Positions 1 to 11,600 of a stretch of DNA of 64,000 nt are shown here, piece after piece. How positions within the stretch are numbered: the stretch's first letter is position 1; each line of letters opens with the position of its first letter. The DNA lies in assembly GCA_965644295.1 (NCBI GenBank), contig CBFFRP010000436.1, positions 25,160 through 89,159 of the forward strand. The letters run 5' to 3'. Both the position numbers and the translations under genes were made by a program. The notes under the pieces were generated by a model. It was not told the DNA's origin. It worked only from the letters and a program-made list of their open reading frames with translations, and did not search any database. The DNA is from Paraphysomonas bandaiensis (lineage: Eukaryota > Protista > Chrysophyceae).

Positions 1-190
1 TCCCTTGCTTGTTGCAGCAGATCGAAATGATGTAAAAATGATGGAAATATTAATTCAACATGGTGCTGATGTAAATCAGTGTGTTACCTCTTCGGGTAAA
101 TCCAGGTTATTAATGTTAGCTGAGTACTATGAAAATGAATCAATGGCTGAATTAATCAATAATGCGAGCAATTCACCAGCTCCCAGGTAA
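1..190 (+). CDS. C-terminal part of an ankyrin-repeat protein (5' end outside window)
   Basis: LVAADRNDVKMMEILIQHGADVN matches the ankyrin consensus (L..A...G..ev.klLl..GAdvN); bacterial-style spacing to the next ORF. Confidence 0.7.
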   Translation, partial: PLLVAADRNDVKMMEILIQHGADVNQCVTSSGKSRLLMLAEYYENESMAELINNASNSPAPR

Positions 191-229
191 TATTTTAAAT
201 TGATAATTCATTGATGAAAGGACTCATTA

Positions 230-1828
230 ATGCCGAAAAGAGATCGTGTGACCATTAGTTTATTTAGTGTCGAAAAAGATGGGGGCTTTAACCGTTCTGC
301 ATTAGGTGAAATTAATAATATCAAAGTAATGAAGGAACGCTTAGCAGAAGAGGCACTTAGGCAAGGAAGAATGCCACCTGAAATAGTTGTGTCTGAATTA
401 CTTATTCCTAATTGGAAAACTGGTAGCAGTTTTGAAGACAGTAGCTATAGGCACCTAGAAGCTGAGTTTTATAGTGAATTAAGAGAAACATTAGATGGTG
501 CAGGGTTGCAAGATGTTGTTCTGAATAATTTTCACAACAAAGCAGGCCCCGAAGAGCTTGGATATTTGAATGGTTTACAAGCAAGAGGAAGTAATGCCGA
601 TATGATTAAGACACATGCCATCATTGACCCAGATAATGTTGGACGTCGGCATTTACAAATCGATAGTAATACAAAAATTCATGACTACGAAGGTTTTTAT
701 CGAGCTACATTTGGTGCAGAGACACAAAGAGATGAATTGGTTGGGTTAAACGCTAGTTATTATGACAAGGATTATGTTTCTGCACATAATAAAGTTGTTT
801 ATACTAATCCTGACAGTGAGCTGATAGCAGCATTGACTGAAACACATTTTGCTTATTGTGAAAAGCATAAAGATGATCACTTATCACCTGAAAAGGAAAT
901 AGAAAAAATATCTAAGAACTCAATATATTCAAAAGACTTTGTTGTTGCGCTTGAGAAAATAGGTTTGACGAAACCATTGGTAAATTTAGAGGGTAAAAAA
1001 ATATATCCAGCGGTAATGAGCAGGGATGAGTATAGATTAACCGCAACGGTTGTAACGGCCGTCAACATGTCTTGGCGAGATGGTACTGATGACTCAAGTA
1101 AGTTAAAAACATTGCCTGCTGTGAAGGTGGGGGATGCCATGTGTGATTATGCAAGTTTTGTAATAGCAGTGAAAAAGAATGTGGGGAATTTAGGGCTGCA
1201 TAAATTTGCAGGAGATTCCGCTACTTTAGCTGCCAATGCAGAGAATACAACAGTTTTAAAGGAGGACTCCGAACCACGGAGAGAGTTGCAAAGCATTTCT
1301 AACTTAGTTGTTGATGATGCCATTATTACAAGATTTTATGATAACGCCGTCGATCTCGTTGAGGGCAATGCCGACTTGTCACCAGAGGAAAAAAGAGAGA
1401 CATTGGTGGCACTGGCTTCTAAAATCCCTCCTACTCCTAGAGGCAATGCTTTAATAAACAGGTTATTTGGTTGCACGGTTTCAGAGTTAATTGAAAATCC
1501 ATTTCAAAAATCAAAGCAATTTGAAATACCTTCTTTAATGGAATATAGAGAAGAAGAATTAATGAGATTGGATACACGGATAGAAGCGCTACGACATCAG
1601 ACAAGGACGCCAGTGGAGAGGTGCCACACGTTAGAACTTGCTAGAGAACTAACAGATGCCAAAAGAGAAATGGTTTCAGTATTAAGAGAACACAGATTTG
1701 ATAGATTCAGTACTGATGAATTAAGAGAACAATATAGGATCTGTGATGATAAAGCTGAAGGACGAGTATCAGCACTCCCTAAACAGAGCGAAGAAGCAAA
1801 GATCCAAAGAACTTTGTTGTTCAAATAG
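230..1828 (+). CDS. Hypothetical 532-aa bacterial protein, possibly a glycosyltransferase-fold effector; C-terminus probably truncated by a junction
   Basis: Long uninterrupted ORF with AAAGGA SD upstream. The SNADMIK...HLQIDSN...HNKVV segment weakly resembles GT-A toxin/effector motifs. The stop codon lies inside antisense sucC-derived sequence. Confidence 0.55.
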   Translation: MPKRDRVTISLFSVEKDGGFNRSALGEINNIKVMKERLAEEALRQGRMPPEIVVSELLIPNWKTGSSFEDSSYRHLEAEFYSELRETLDGAGLQDVVLNNFHNKAGPEELGYLNGLQARGSNADMIKTHAIIDPDNVGRRHLQIDSNTKIHDYEGFYRATFGAETQRDELVGLNASYYDKDYVSAHNKVVYTNPDSELIAALTETHFAYCEKHKDDHLSPEKEIEKISKNSIYSKDFVVALEKIGLTKPLVNLEGKKIYPAVMSRDEYRLTATVVTAVNMSWRDGTDDSSKLKTLPAVKVGDAMCDYASFVIAVKKNVGNLGLHKFAGDSATLAANAENTTVLKEDSEPRRELQSISNLVVDDAIITRFYDNAVDLVEGNADLSPEEKRETLVALASKIPPTPRGNALINRLFGCTVSELIENPFQKSKQFEIPSLMEYREEELMRLDTRIEALRHQTRTPVERCHTLELARELTDAKREMVSVLREHRFDRFSTDELREQYRICDDKAEGRVSALPKQSEEAKIQRTLLFK

Positions 1829-1992
1829 AGTTCTTTGGCAATATCAGTTGTTTCTTCAATCAAAACACTGTTAACAGGTTGTCCATTTTTATCTGTCTGA
1901 TAAGTCACTAAGCGCGTCCCCATCATACCATCAATGGCTCTGACTAAATCATCTCTATTATCGACAAGCTTAACACCACCTGCTTTACCGCG
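1822..1992 (-). pseudogene. sucC: Internal fragment (57 codons) of succinyl-CoA synthetase beta subunit
   Basis: [10 protein letters not shown]...[31 protein letters not shown] is the characteristic gammaproteobacterial SucC N-terminal segment; both ends are missing. Confidence 0.92.
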
Positions 1993-2577
1993 TAATTCTT
2001 TTGCCTCAGATTCCACCATTAAAATAGCGTTTTCAGTACCAGAAACCACCAAATCAAGTTCAGATGCTTGTAAATCAGTTGGCGATGGATTTAATGAATA
2101 GATACCATCGTTATAGCCAACACGCGCTGCAGCAACAGGCCCATCAAAAGGTACGCCTGATAAAGTGAGTGCGGCTGAAGTACCAATCAGCGCCAAAATA
2201 TCTGGCTGCACATCAGGGTTTAATGACATAACTGTTGCAACCACTTGCACTTCGTTTCTAAAGCCTTCAGGAAATAAAGGCCTAATAGGTCTATCGATTA
2301 AACGACAAGTTAGAATTTCTTGATCACTTGGTCGGCCTTCGCGTTTTAAGAAGCCACCAGGTATTTTTCCTGCCGCATAAAAGCGTTCCTGATAGTTAAC
2401 GGTTAAAGGGAAAAAGCTATTGTTCTCTCCACCATCTTTTTTAAATACCACGGTCACCAAAACACGTGTACCGTTCATGCTAACCATGACACTTGAATCA
2501 GCTTGGCGTGCAATTTCACCTGTTTCTAAAACCAGTTGATGCTCACCAAATTGTATTTCTTTTATTATTTTAGACAC
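1993..2577 (-). pseudogene. pnp: 5' third of polyribonucleotide nucleotidyltransferase, truncated and fused in frame to the sucC fragment
   Basis: GTG start with [53 protein letters not shown] and [10 protein letters not shown] are present, then an abrupt switch to SucC. Confidence 0.95.
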
Positions 2578-2591
2578 ATTTTTCCTCGCAT

Positions 2592-2615
2592 AAAAAAGGC
2601 GCAATAAAGCGCCTT
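2592..2615 (-). terminator. Intrinsic terminator-like hairpin between rpsO and pnp
   Basis: On the minus strand, AAGGCGC-TTTATT-GCGCCTT followed by a T run. Confidence 0.65.
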
Positions 2616-2676
2616 AAATGAAAATTTGATAGAATTTCAGGCTATTAACTCTCATTAATAACCTCTCTATACCATA

Positions 2677-2920
2677 TTAATAAGAATCTCTTAATTTTAA
2701 TTTTTCAATTAAAGAATAATAACGAGCACTTTCTTTTGACTTCAAGTACTTCAATAGCTTTTTGCGCTTATTCACCAATGTTAACAAACCACGACGAGAA
2801 TGTACGTCTTTTTTGTGTTGTTTAAAGTGTTCGGTTAAATAGATAATTCGCGCAGTTAACAAAGACACTCGTTTTATTATCGTCAACAATTTCTGAAATT
2901 TGTGCACTTGTTAGTGACAT
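2677..2920 (-). pseudogene. rpsO: 30S ribosomal protein S15 with internal deletion and frameshift
   Basis: ATG at 2920 with GGAG SD reads [15 protein letters not shown] different frame resumes [36 protein letters not shown]. The conserved DTGS.EVQ segment is absent. Confidence 0.9.
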
Positions 2921-3057
2921 TTGTTACTCCTACGAACTGCTCTAACTCAGTTATATTATATAAACTCAAGTTAAATTAAAATTTTTAGTGGCGTATTCTA
3001 ACGTTTATTTAAGTATAAAACAAGCATTAATGTACGACCATTTCTTTTAAATTCTAG

Positions 3058-3948
3058 TTAGATATTATTTTGTATTAATCGTCTAACTTTTAGGCTATTA
3101 TCACCATTGTATTGCCCTAAGCCAATAAACTCATCAGCTTCATTAATCAACTGGTATAACGTGCCTGCATTCACCTTTTCATCAAGTTCTATCGTTTTAC
3201 CAAAATACAGCGCCTGTTGTTGGCTGGCAGTAATGTTTACTATAGGAAAATGTGACACCATCGACTGGATCGAGTAAAGCAAAGCCAATGGATTGGCGCT
3301 GTTTTCCAACTCCGACATTGAGATCATTGCTTTACCTTCAAAAGGACAAGAAAAATCTCGATGCAGCTTCGTAACAAAAGCACCCACTTCTAAGTAATTG
3401 CCAATATCTTCAACTAAATTTCGAATATATGTACCTTTGCTACAACGTACACGAATCGTAAAAAAAGGTAGGTTAAAATTTTCTAAAGCCAGCTCATAAA
3501 TGGTAATACGTCTTGCTTTTCGTTCAACTTCTATACCACGTCTTGCTAACTTATATAAAGGCACCCCATCTTTTTTTAAGGCTGAAAACATGGAAGGTAC
3601 TTGCTCAATATTGCCTGTAAAGTGCTGCAAAGCTCTTAATATATCGGACTCAATTATGTGACTCGGATCTTGTGATGTTAAGACTTCACCTTCGGCATCT
3701 TGGGTAGAGGTTGTTTCACCAAGCTTACCTGTGGCTGTATATCCTTTGTCCGCATCCAACATGAATTGACTGAACTTAGTTGCATCACCAAAACAGATGG
3801 GGAGCATACCTGAGGCCTGAGGATCCAAACTACCCGTGTGACCTGCTTTTTTAGCTTGAAACAAACGTTTAACCGTTTGTAGTACTTTATTAGATGATTG
3901 ATTTAGGGGCTTATTTAATAACAAAACCCCATCAATTCGCTTTAACAC
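3058..3948 (-). CDS. truB: tRNA pseudouridine(55) synthase
   Basis: GVLLLNKP, KAGHTGSLDP, QVPSMFSALK and CSKGTYIR motifs; position in the infB-rbfA-truB-rpsO-pnp operon. Confidence 0.97.
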   Translation of the reverse strand: MLKRIDGVLLLNKPLNQSSNKVLQTVKRLFQAKKAGHTGSLDPQASGMLPICFGDATKFSQFMLDADKGYTATGKLGETTSTQDAEGEVLTSQDPSHIIESDILRALQHFTGNIEQVPSMFSALKKDGVPLYKLARRGIEVERKARRITIYELALENFNLPFFTIRVRCSKGTYIRNLVEDIGNYLEVGAFVTKLHRDFSCPFEGKAMISMSELENSANPLALLYSIQSMVSHFPIVNITASQQQALYFGKTIELDEKVNAGTLYQLINEADEFIGLGQYNGDNSLKVRRLIQNNI

Positions 3949-4341
3949 CTAGTTAACTGCTTCTTGTTGAAAATTATCATCTTGAGAAGTCGCTGGCACA
4001 ACATCGTCGATTAAACGACGCAATTTAGCACCATACTCGATAGATTCATCATAAACAAAACGTAGCTGAGGTACGACACGAAACTTCATACTGCGAGCAA
4101 GCGCCGTTCTTAAGAAACTGGCACCATTATTTAAAATACTTAAAGTCATGTCGCTGTCAGATTTTTTACCTAATACAGTAATATACACTTTTGCAATAGA
4201 CATATCAGGCGATACTTTAACAGCAGATACAGTTATGATTTGAGGTAATCTCGGATCTTTTAATTCCATTTGAATAATTTGCGCGAGCTTCCTTTGGATT
4301 AAACCAGATACGCGGTCTGTTCTCTTAAAATCACTTGTCAT
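3949..4341 (-). CDS. rbfA: Ribosome-binding factor A
   Basis: RTDRV..LIQRKLA, KDPRL, VKVSPDMSIAKVY and VPQLRFVYDESIEYG motifs; synteny. Confidence 0.96.
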   Translation of the reverse strand: MTSDFKRTDRVSGLIQRKLAQIIQMELKDPRLPQIITVSAVKVSPDMSIAKVYITVLGKKSDSDMTLSILNNGASFLRTALARSMKFRVVPQLRFVYDESIEYGAKLRRLIDDVVPATSQDDNFQQEAVN

Positions 4342-4350
4342 TTTACTTCT

Positions 4351-4745
4351 TTAAACCTTTGTTTGAGCGAGTTCACGTTTTACTTCAATGGTTTCAAATA
4401 CTTCAATTTGATCCCCTTCGCGAACATCGTTGTAATTCTTAACACCAATACCACATTCAAAGCCTTGGCGTACTTCCACCACATCATCTTTAAAACGACG
4501 CAGTGACTCTAAGGTGCCCTCATAGATAACAACGTTATCACGCAAAACACGAATTGGGTTATTACGCTTGATACTGCCTTCAATAACCATACAACCTGCA
4601 ATAGCACCCAGTTTTGGAGAACGGAAAACATCGCGCACTTGAGCAATACCGACAATTTGTTCTTTAAATTCAGGAGCAAGCATACCTGTTAAGGCTTTCT
4701 TAACTTGATCAACCACATCATAAATAACGCTGTAATAATGAATAA
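4351..4745 (-). pseudogene. infB: 3' fragment of translation initiation factor IF-2 (5' ~80% missing)
   Basis: [13 protein letters not shown]...IAGCMVIEG...[17 protein letters not shown] is the IF-2 C-terminus. Upstream sequence is hlyD on the opposite strand. Confidence 0.95.
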
Positions 4746-4747
4746 CA

Positions 4748-5456
4748 CTTATTACAAGAAAAAAAGCAATTACAAAAAGCCCTCGCACTTGCGCAAAAAG
4801 AATTGGCCTTATTATCTCCTTTAGTTAAACATGGCTCTGTATCAGAAGTAGAACTCATCCGTGCAGAGCGATTAGTTAATGAAATACAAAGTAAAATTCT
4901 AGCTTTCAATAGCCAAGCACTAAAAGAGCTTAACCATGCAAAAGCAGAACTAAATAGCTTAAAAGAATTATATGTGGCAGATAAAGATCGCTTACAAAGA
5001 ACCACCATTCGCGCCCCACTAAAAGGGATCGTAAAACAAATTAATATTAATACCATAGGTGGCGTAATCAAACCGGGTATGGACTTAATAGAAATAGTCC
5101 CCATAGAAGACACCTTATTAATAGAAGCCAAAATACGCCCCTCAGACATAGGGTTTATTCACCCCAAACAAAAAGCCATGGTTAAAATCACCGCTTATGA
5201 TTATTCAATTTATGGAGGGCTTAAAGGAACAGTTGAGCACATTAGTGCTGATACTATCGTCAATGATAAAGACGAAAGCTTTTATTTAATCAAAGTTAGA
5301 ACCAACAAAAACTACTTAGGCACAGAAAAAAAACCACTCGCCATTATCCCTGGTATGCAAGCATCTGTAGATATTTTAACCGGCAAAAAATCGGTATTAG
5401 ATTATCTGCTAAACCCCATACTTAAAGCAAAACATAAAGCATTAAGAGAACGTTAA
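4748..5456 (+). pseudogene. 3' fragment of a type I secretion HlyD-family periplasmic adaptor
   Basis: TIRAPLKGIVK, TIGGVIKPG..LIEIVP, DIGFIHP.Q.AMVKITAYDYSIYG.L.G.V..IS.D, IIPGMQASVDI.TG.KSVLDYLL.P motifs; no N-terminal membrane anchor. Confidence 0.92.
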
Positions 5457-5706
5457 TTATGCCCGGCGCTCTAGAGGCCAAATGATTTAGGACTTATTGT
5501 TTTTTTTTATATCATTGCAGAGACATATCGCATATTTTTCTTGATTTTCATCTTAAACCGTCCAAACTATAAAAATCGCGCCTTATAACTAAGCGCTACA
5601 CAGGGCATAACAAGATTTGTTCAATCCAATTTTGACCAAAACAATTTACCCCCCCCATCACAAAAAGTGAAAAGGAATTTTCTGAGAATGATTAAGGACT
5701 AATAGA

Positions 5707-6744
5707 ATGAAGAATAAAAAAAGATACAAAACCTTAGTATTGCTAGCTTCACTGACATCAAGTTTGCCATGCTTTTCAATTACATTAGAAGAAGCTGTCC
5801 AACATGCCTTGTTATCCAACCCAGATATCCAATTTAATGTAGCAAAGAGTCTTTCATCTCAACAAGAAATGGAGGTTGCCAAAGGCCGTTATTACCCTTC
5901 TATAGACATACGTATGGGCATTGGCCGCGAAGAAACCGAAAATGCAATTACAAATTCAAGTAGTATTGTCAGTACAGACGATCCCTTAACTAGAAAAGAA
6001 TTTAGCATTGAATTAAAACAAAATATATTTTCAGGGTTTGGTATTGTTGGCGAAAAACAACGATTAGAAAATATGTGGAATGCGCAGCAATACAAAACTT
6101 ATGGGGTAGCCGAAGATTTAAGCCTAGATGTGGCCGAGAAATATTTAGCCGTATTAAAGCAACAACGTCTGCTCCAATTAGCACGCGCAAATATTACAGA
6201 GCATCAACGTATACTGAATATGATAAAACAACGCTCTAATGCTGGGGTGAGTCGTCAAGCTGAAATGGAACAAGCAAAAGGCCGTCTGGCTTTAGCTCAT
6301 AGTAATTTCATCAGCGTTGAAAATGATTTAAGAGACTGGGCAGCACAATCACCTGCTGTAACAGAGAATGCTGAAAATTCAGAAAAAACAAACTCTGAAG
6401 AAGAGAAAAATGACTCAACTAATCAAGATACTATTATAATTACAGCGCAAACTGGTATTGATAAAACAAACGAGGTGGTTGAGCAAGCAACTGACGAAGT
6501 TAAAGCACAAAAAGATGTTGTTCTTAACCCTGCGTTAGTTGGCATGGTTAAAGAAAGTGCCGCAAGTACTCAAGCAACACTTGAAAATGAAAGCATTAAT
6601 AGTGAAACAAATGACACACCTGTCACAATTGATTCACCAACTGTTGATACTAAAAAAGTGGTGGAAAAATCTGCGCCTGTTGAAAACACAGACAAAAACG
6701 ATGATATAAATGAAGAAAGCAGCTCTTTAGGCTTAACTGCATAA
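5707..6744 (+). CDS. TolC/AggA-family outer-membrane protein 5' half (~210 aa) fused in frame to an unrelated acidic low-complexity tail
   Basis: Signal peptide, ITLEEAVQHALLSNP, GRYYPSIDI, LKQNIFSGF, AGVSRQAEMEQAKGRLALA. After SVENDLRD (~6336) the sequence becomes E/T/N/D-rich and the second TolC repeat is missing. Confidence 0.8.
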   Translation: MKNKKRYKTLVLLASLTSSLPCFSITLEEAVQHALLSNPDIQFNVAKSLSSQQEMEVAKGRYYPSIDIRMGIGREETENAITNSSSIVSTDDPLTRKEFSIELKQNIFSGFGIVGEKQRLENMWNAQQYKTYGVAEDLSLDVAEKYLAVLKQQRLLQLARANITEHQRILNMIKQRSNAGVSRQAEMEQAKGRLALAHSNFISVENDLRDWAAQSPAVTENAENSEKTNSEEEKNDSTNQDTIIITAQTGIDKTNEVVEQATDEVKAQKDVVLNPALVGMVKESAASTQATLENESINSETNDTPVTIDSPTVDTKKVVEKSAPVENTDKNDDINEESSSLGLTA

Positions 6745-6760
6745 ACTCTTCCTTTCTTTA

Positions 6761-6801
6761 TAACCCTTACTCAGGATCTTTTTTCTGGGTATGGGGTTTT
6801 C
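6761..6801 (+). terminator. Intrinsic terminator after the acidic-tail ORF
   Basis: AACCCTTACTCAGGA...TTCTGGGTATGGGGTT stem (with G:U pairs) followed by Ts. Confidence 0.55.
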
Positions 6802-8679
6802 TAATTTAATACTTCCACACTTCTCATTTAACTGCACACAACTTCTGTTGCTGTCTACCACATTATTCTTAGCTGTCCAGAAGTGAGATCGCGATATATC
6901 GCGAGTGCGTTGATTTTCATAGCATTTGAATGTTTTTTTCTCTGTCGGAAGTTGTCCGAAAAGAATGACAAAATGGACTCAAAAGGTTGCCTTTGTCACA
7001 TCTTTCCATTCGGTCATTCATGACTCTAATTTATAATATATATCACCCCATCTTTTTAGATCATCTTCCTGTATCATTCATCTTGCACTGTGTCAAAGGA
7101 TTATCGCCAAAGAGCTCTTTGCTTCGATATGGAAGAGGTTGAAGATGGCCTGCTTTGCTTGCTATCTCAGAGTGTCTAATGGACTTTTCTGAACTTAATA
7201 GTATACAATTGCTTACGTTTTCCCATAATGGAAAACAGTTTTGTGCGTTTAATGAGATTTTTTCTTTTCTCACTGCCATTTTCAAGTCTCATGAGAATAT
7301 CCCTTGCTCGGAGCCGCATCAGTTATACCAGTACCCACAATTCCTCGTCCTGAGGCCGTTTCTTTCGGAGACATGACATATTTACAGTTCAGGGACGCAT
7401 TGGTAAAGACCTTTATGGAAAATCCTATAGACTTCAGGGGAAACATGTTGTCATTAGGATTTAACTCCGATAAACATTTGAATGAGTTGCAGGATCTGTG
7501 CCGTGGATTATTTCTGGCAGAATTGCACGCCAATACTCACTGGTTCGGTGGGAGACAATATTCAGAGCTTCTGGTCTCTGTAATGTCAACACTTTCCATG
7601 TCTTATGGAAGCAATTGAGTTTGGTTATTCGGCAAGTTCATTGACTGGCACATCAGCGGAGCAGATGTTTTCCTACGCTGATCGACAATGCAAAGCAAAT
7701 AGTAGGGTCCAGGCCAATATGTCCCTCAGAGGTTCATGTCAAGGTAACACTCCTAAACAACCTCTTCGACATAAGCAAAATTTCAATCAATGCAAATCTT
7801 GGTGTTCATTTCAAGTACCCCATTTCTTGCTATTATACTATTAGGCCTTATTCTTCATAATAATCAAGCATTACCTTTTAACAATACAAAGTGTATCTTT
7901 CATTAAACGCTAAGAGATAAAGAATACAAGTAAGTTTACTACGAGTGATGCAGCAGATGATTACGTTAATTTAGTAGATGTGATGATATCTCATTTGCAA
8001 ATGCTTGAAGCAGCTGTTATTGAAAATAACATCTAGCCACTGTACCGTAATAATATATACCAACTATTTTTTCATTGTTGAGCCGTTTCTAGTTTTATTA
8101 ATTAATGTGATAATAATTATTATATCAGCACAATATATAATAGTGAATTTATAAATGTACTGTAATTGCGGTCGGTGAAAACTAACCAGCAAATCATGGA
8201 TACAAATGCAAAAAATACGTCAAAGCAGCACATATATATCAAACATTATACATAATATATCACACATCATGCAAGGGATATATCGTCAAAAGTTCGTGCA
8301 TCGCTGCAGTTCCTGTTGGAAACAACATAAATAAACAAACGCTCAAAATTTGAAGGTTTAACATTTTCACCTGATTGATAATTCTTATTCCAAAGGCCAG
8401 TAATGTGTTTTTGGAAGTGAAAAATGATGTCAAGAAAATAAATGCCAATGTAGCCGAGAGAGGCTTAGAAACACAACGCCACAGGTAAAAGCAATAACAT
8501 GCAATTACTTGTGTTTACTCATTAGGAAACCGCATATAGACCAGTTCCTGGGCCTTCATCTCTGCAGTAGTAGCCTTGCAGCGGCTACGCCCACCCTTCA
8601 ATTTACTATACGAGGGGATGTAATATATACATATAAGTTTTATATATGAAGGCTATGTATGATATTGTTATTCCACATT

Positions 8680-11600
8680 AGCTATCAAGTCGCTGGAAGT
8701 CTAGCTCTGGATGGGGCACCACCGTTGGCCAGTGTTGGCTACCTGCGCATTACACCCTAAGAGCACTACATGTACACTCAATCCAAAACAACAACACAAG
8801 TCACTCTGCGGTATGTGGCATATAAGAAGTGATGACCTTAAACCGAGACAACTACTGATGACAAAGATACACAAGGCATATATGGGAACTAGTTTACCTA
8901 AATATATATTGATAAGAACAGCGTAATGAACCTGCATCTGAACTCTCTCCTTCATACTATCCGGATGGATACTGTATCCAGATATGCATCATATATAGCA
9001 ACGCACATATTCTCGTGTAGTACAGTATTACTGACGGTAGTACAACAGACACCGAAATGAAACCTCCAAAAAGCCTTTTTTTGCAGTGATTTTTGGGATT
9101 TCATTTCTGGACCAAGAAATTGTGTAAATAGAGTATGTATTTTGTATATACGGTTGCTGGTATACTGGCAGGAGTGTGTTGTATATGAGGGTCATGTGAC
9201 CATAAATAGACACACAGACAGTCTATTGTGGGGTGAAATTATGACCCCACCTGCAGATTAAAACAAAGGACGATTGATGGAGTCGTTAATGGACTGATAT
9301 TACTTCACTGTACTGCAAGATTCATGCTGTTCAAGACCAGTATGATGACTTTTATCCGCTTGAGACAACTGCTTCATGTGTGTGGTTATTGCCATCAGAA
9401 GAGACAGTGAAGTGGAAGAGGGCCCTTACAAGAGGATAAAATACTGCTTGAATCGTTATTTTGCAGAATGCATGCTCAGTGTGCATCCTGTGAAGTTCTC
9501 CCGATAATTCATGGATTCAAGTAATGTGACCGTTAGCATCTTCAATATCCATCAATGGGGGGCAGCGCTCATATTAGTATTATTAATGCATGCAAGTAAT
9601 AGAAATAATATTTTGGGTAAATTATTTCCTATATATACACCTCTGTATCAGTATCGTACCCGATAAGTTATCTCGGTGTAAGATCGGTGTAAGCTAACTG
9701 AACTCAGATTGGCGGTGAAGACATCTGAAGTGCACAATGCTTCTGCTTCTTAGCAGGTGATTGGGAGCTAGTTTACACTTTGGTTCAGATTTCTCGTGGT
9801 ATGTATATTAGTAGGTTCTAAGTAGTAATTGCCGTTAATTTTTACTTCGTAAGATGTTAATGCTTTGTCTTTTCATGATTGATACAGATCTGCAATATTG
9901 CTGGTTTTTATATTATTTCCTACTTTTCAATATATATATTATACTGTGTTTATTGTTGTTAATTATAGTACCTCTAGGTCGTATTGGTATTATATTTTTA
10001 GGTAGTACCTATAGGTAGTATTGATTCAGTTTCGCTTAATCCAAAAGCCAAGCCTATGTCTCGGATTTGATCCTCACTAGCATTGGCAATGGAAGGGTCG
10101 CTCTAACCCTCCAAGCATAAGCCTGAGGGTCCTTCTCACTGACTCAAATTTAGTAGACTCTTGTGCGCTATCAAGAGTCTCCTCCTCCATAATAATAACA
10201 ATATAATCAAGTCACAATGAACAAATATATGTCTACAACTACAATGCTATCTACCAGCAATTTCAAGAGTAAGGAAATTGCATCTTATTATCAATAATCA
10301 ATATAAATACTATCTACGATTCCGTGATCAATGGAATGAACATCATTCATATTCAATACCAAACACATCAGTCTAACACAGTTGATCATAATAACTCATT
10401 ACAACTGTATAAGGGAAGATACATTCAGTATTCTCATTGTAGTTGAAGCCTGGTATTCGTACTCCTTAGTACAATCAATCCCCAATAAGCACTGAAGGAA
10501 ATACGTAATGTATAACTGTATTACTGGATAATCTGGCAATACACATCTATCAGCGTGGATATCAAACCCGGAATTCTCCAGTAAACTTCTCCAGCCTTAA
10601 AGTCAATATATATATATAATAAGAACATATATATATGTATCATCCATCATCATTATCATCATTATGTCTCATTATTGATAATCATGTCTTTCTTTGTCTT
10701 TTGAATGATTATGTAAATATCAATGATAAGCATGAATTGTCATAGTCATAATATATCATATATCTTAGTGTGAGTTATGGTAATAATAATAATATTCAAA
10801 TTATGTTTGCACAGATAGTATGTACAAACTTAAGCATATACAATAGAGAGCTTGTAGAATAGAATAACCTGATAGCTGGTTATTACAATCATGGTAATGT
10901 CAACATAATATTCTACTAATAGGCTGGCGTATTCATCCTCTGCAGAGTGTTACAGGTAGCACTAATATTCTATTTATGATAGATGGTAAATATCAAGATA
11001 CAAAGCACCCTATATCTAGGTGACAATGATTGACATGCTCCAACACAGTATCTTTATATACATCAATACGCACAGGACACTATGAGAAAGTATCTATAAA
11101 TGATACAGTCATCGTAGTATTTACCTTCAAATCAGAGAGGAGAATGACACTCAAGTGGAGTTATTCTTATGTGAGTCTCTGATGATCAGCTCTGCAGTAT
11201 GAGTATATTAATATGCTCTGTTTCGAACCACTAAATTGAATATATTACAATATCATCCGATCGTATTACCTGAGAGCCCTCTGGTGTTATGGTCACGGAA
11301 TCAACTCTGCTATCTCTGTCTTTGAAATAGACCAACTCTCCTGTATGAATGCCACTTAACCATACCTTTCACCAGCTAAATCAACAACCAGCAGCATGTG
11401 GCATGAAAGAACTATGAGCTCATGTATTCCCAGTGAGGTTATGATCATATCACAGCCTGCATTCCTCTTTACTACAAGAACTATCGCATCATATTCTGTA
11501 TGTGAAGCTCACAGACATCTGCCTGTCTCTCCTGGATTCTGTGGACAATATGCCGATTATTATCTTGAAAATGTGTAGTTTTGTGTCATTTTTGAGTGAA

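Noticed and set aside
4718-5149. Antisense ORFs over hlyD, the CR genes, ALDH and others
   Set aside because: Shadow frames of well-supported genes on the opposite strand.
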